DNA from: Daejeonella sp.
GTDB lineage: Bacteria; Bacteroidota; Bacteroidia; Sphingobacteriales; Sphingobacteriaceae
Assembly (NCBI GenBank): GCA_041689125.1
Contig: JBDNGV010000396.1
Coordinates: 1-39,837, forward strand
DNA: 39,837 bases
Direction of reading: 5' to 3'
Part shown: positions 38,588 through 39,837 of the stretch, in pieces
Position numbering within the stretch: the stretch's first letter is position 1
Layout of the letters: every line of letters begins with the position of its first letter
Translations under genes and position numbers: made by a program
The notes under the pieces: generated by a model
What the model was told of the DNA's origin: nothing
What the model saw: only the letters and a program-made list of their open reading frames with translations
Databases searched by the model: none

Positions 38588-39837
38588 ATGGGGAGAGAAA
38601 TTTTAGAGAATAAGCGGAAGGCTTTAAACATCAATTTGGATGAATCTATTTATGGAACTTTTGCAGAGATAGGAGCTGGCCAAGAAGTAGCCAGAAATTT
38701 TTTCACTGCCGGAGCTGCATCAGGAACCATTGCAAAGACTATGTCCGCCTATGATATGGTCTTTAGTAATTCAATTTATGGGGCTGAAGAATCAGGCCGT
38801 TACGTTTCTGAATCGAGACTCGATAAAATGATAAGGCATGAGTTTGGACTGCTATCTGAACGTCTATGCGGACCTAAATATGCTGAGAAAACTTTTTTTG
38901 CTTTTGCAGATACTGTAACAACACTCAACTTCAATAAAACCAATGATCCTCACGGGTGGTTGGGTATTAGGTTTCAACTGAGTCCGGGAGGAGAACCTAA
39001 TGATATAGTTTTTCACGTCAGGCTACTGGATAGTGATTCGAACCTTCAACAAAATGTATTGGGGATACTGGGAGTCAACTTAGTTTATGCTGCATATTAT
39101 TATTATGATAATGTTCAGTCGATGATAGAGTCTCTGGTAGATAATTTAACAATTGGCTCTGTCGAGATTGATCTGATCAGTCTGAGCGGCCCAATATTCA
39201 AGAATGCAAACGATCGATTGGTTAATTTATATCTAATATCAAAAGGCTTTTCGGGTGCAGCTATTTTTGATAAGAATGGGCAGGCACGTCAATCTAAAGA
39301 TGTGCTTTACAAAAAGGATGTAATGATCCTTCGCACAAAATTTGGTCAGAAATCTACTCCAAACTTTGATTTATTTAATAAAGCAGTAGAGCAATTTAAG
39401 AATACTCAGAAGGTGAGTGACAGGAACATCATCGTCATGATCGAGGTTCTAATGACTAATTTTCTTGAAAATAAATCTGAACTGAGTAATGAGGATCTTG
39501 AAAAGTTTGCAAAACGTGCTGAGGAGCTTTGTGCGACCGGCAATTACGTGATAGTTTCAGACTTTACCCGAAATCATAAATTAGCCCAATACCTTTCGCG
39601 TTGTAGCCCTAAAAGTGTTGGTATTTCAACGAATATTGCAAATCTGAAAAATATATTTAATTCAGAAAATTACGGGGAAAATTACACAGATGAGCTTTTA
39701 GCTTATATCAGTGACTTATTTAGTAAAAATGTAAGGCTCTATGCCTATCCATACCTAGACAAGAAAAACAAACAGATAATTACCACACGTAATATGCCGG
39801 TATCTAAAGAATCAAAACATTTGTTCGAATTTTTGAT
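38588..39837 (+). CDS. Conserved Bacteroidota protein of the 'YGTFAEIGAGQEV' family (variously annotated as nicotinate/NMN adenylyltransferase-like), 3'-truncated by the window
   Basis: ATG 38588: MGREILENKRKALNINLDESIYGTFAEIGAGQEVARNFFTAGAASGTIAKTMSAYD...HGWLGIRFQ...LGVNL; absent from the ORF track, consistent with no stop inside the window. Confidence 0.8.
   Translation, partial: MGREILENKRKALNINLDESIYGTFAEIGAGQEVARNFFTAGAASGTIAKTMSAYDMVFSNSIYGAEESGRYVSESRLDKMIRHEFGLLSERLCGPKYAEKTFFAFADTVTTLNFNKTNDPHGWLGIRFQLSPGGEPNDIVFHVRLLDSDSNLQQNVLGILGVNLVYAAYYYYDNVQSMIESLVDNLTIGSVEIDLISLSGPIFKNANDRLVNLYLISKGFSGAAIFDKNGQARQSKDVLYKKDVMILRTKFGQKSTPNFDLFNKAVEQFKNTQKVSDRNIIVMIEVLMTNFLENKSELSNEDLEKFAKRAEELCATGNYVIVSDFTRNHKLAQYLSRCSPKSVGISTNIANLKNIFNSENYGENYTDELLAYISDLFSKNVRLYAYPYLDKKNKQIITTRNMPVSKESKHLFEFL

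Noticed and set aside
1-39837. CRISPR arrays, tRNA/rRNA genes, IS elements, integrases, defence systems
   Set aside because: No regularly spaced repeats, cloverleaf signatures or transposase/integrase/nuclease motifs seen by eye; a covariance-model scan would be needed to exclude small RNAs

Overview
AT-rich Bacteroidota chromosomal segment; protein style, TAnnTTTG promoters and gene order suggest Sphingobacteriaceae (inferred, not searched). In order: (1) a very AT-rich accessory block at 1-5.1 kb with an OmpR-type two-component system, an 11-bp-period operator array, an SPFH lipoprotein, an interrupted iota-carbonic-anhydrase-like (COG4337) lipoprotein with an atypical HKSA motif, a secreted LRR protein and a DUF2490-type beta-barrel, followed by a convergent yitT; (2) trpD-F-B-A under an unannotated Trp-Trp-Trp leader-peptide attenuator; (3) a sodium-bioenergetics cluster of nhaD, a small NqrM-like 4-Cys protein, apbE, nqrA-F, a CBS protein and nhaA carrying a natural His225->Asp equivalent; (4) housekeeping genes (Sua5/YciO family, asnS, cytochrome c/SCO, phosphomutase, lysC, lysA, acyl-CoA dehydrogenase); (5) a patch of eroding accessory genes at 30.4-33.6 kb; (6) M48 protease, DUF1080, folB, FAD-linked oxidase, thioesterase, an internally deleted hsp20 and a gene running off the end. 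No tRNA, rRNA, CRISPR array or transposase was seen. All family assignments come from motif recognition by eye and need HMM confirmation.
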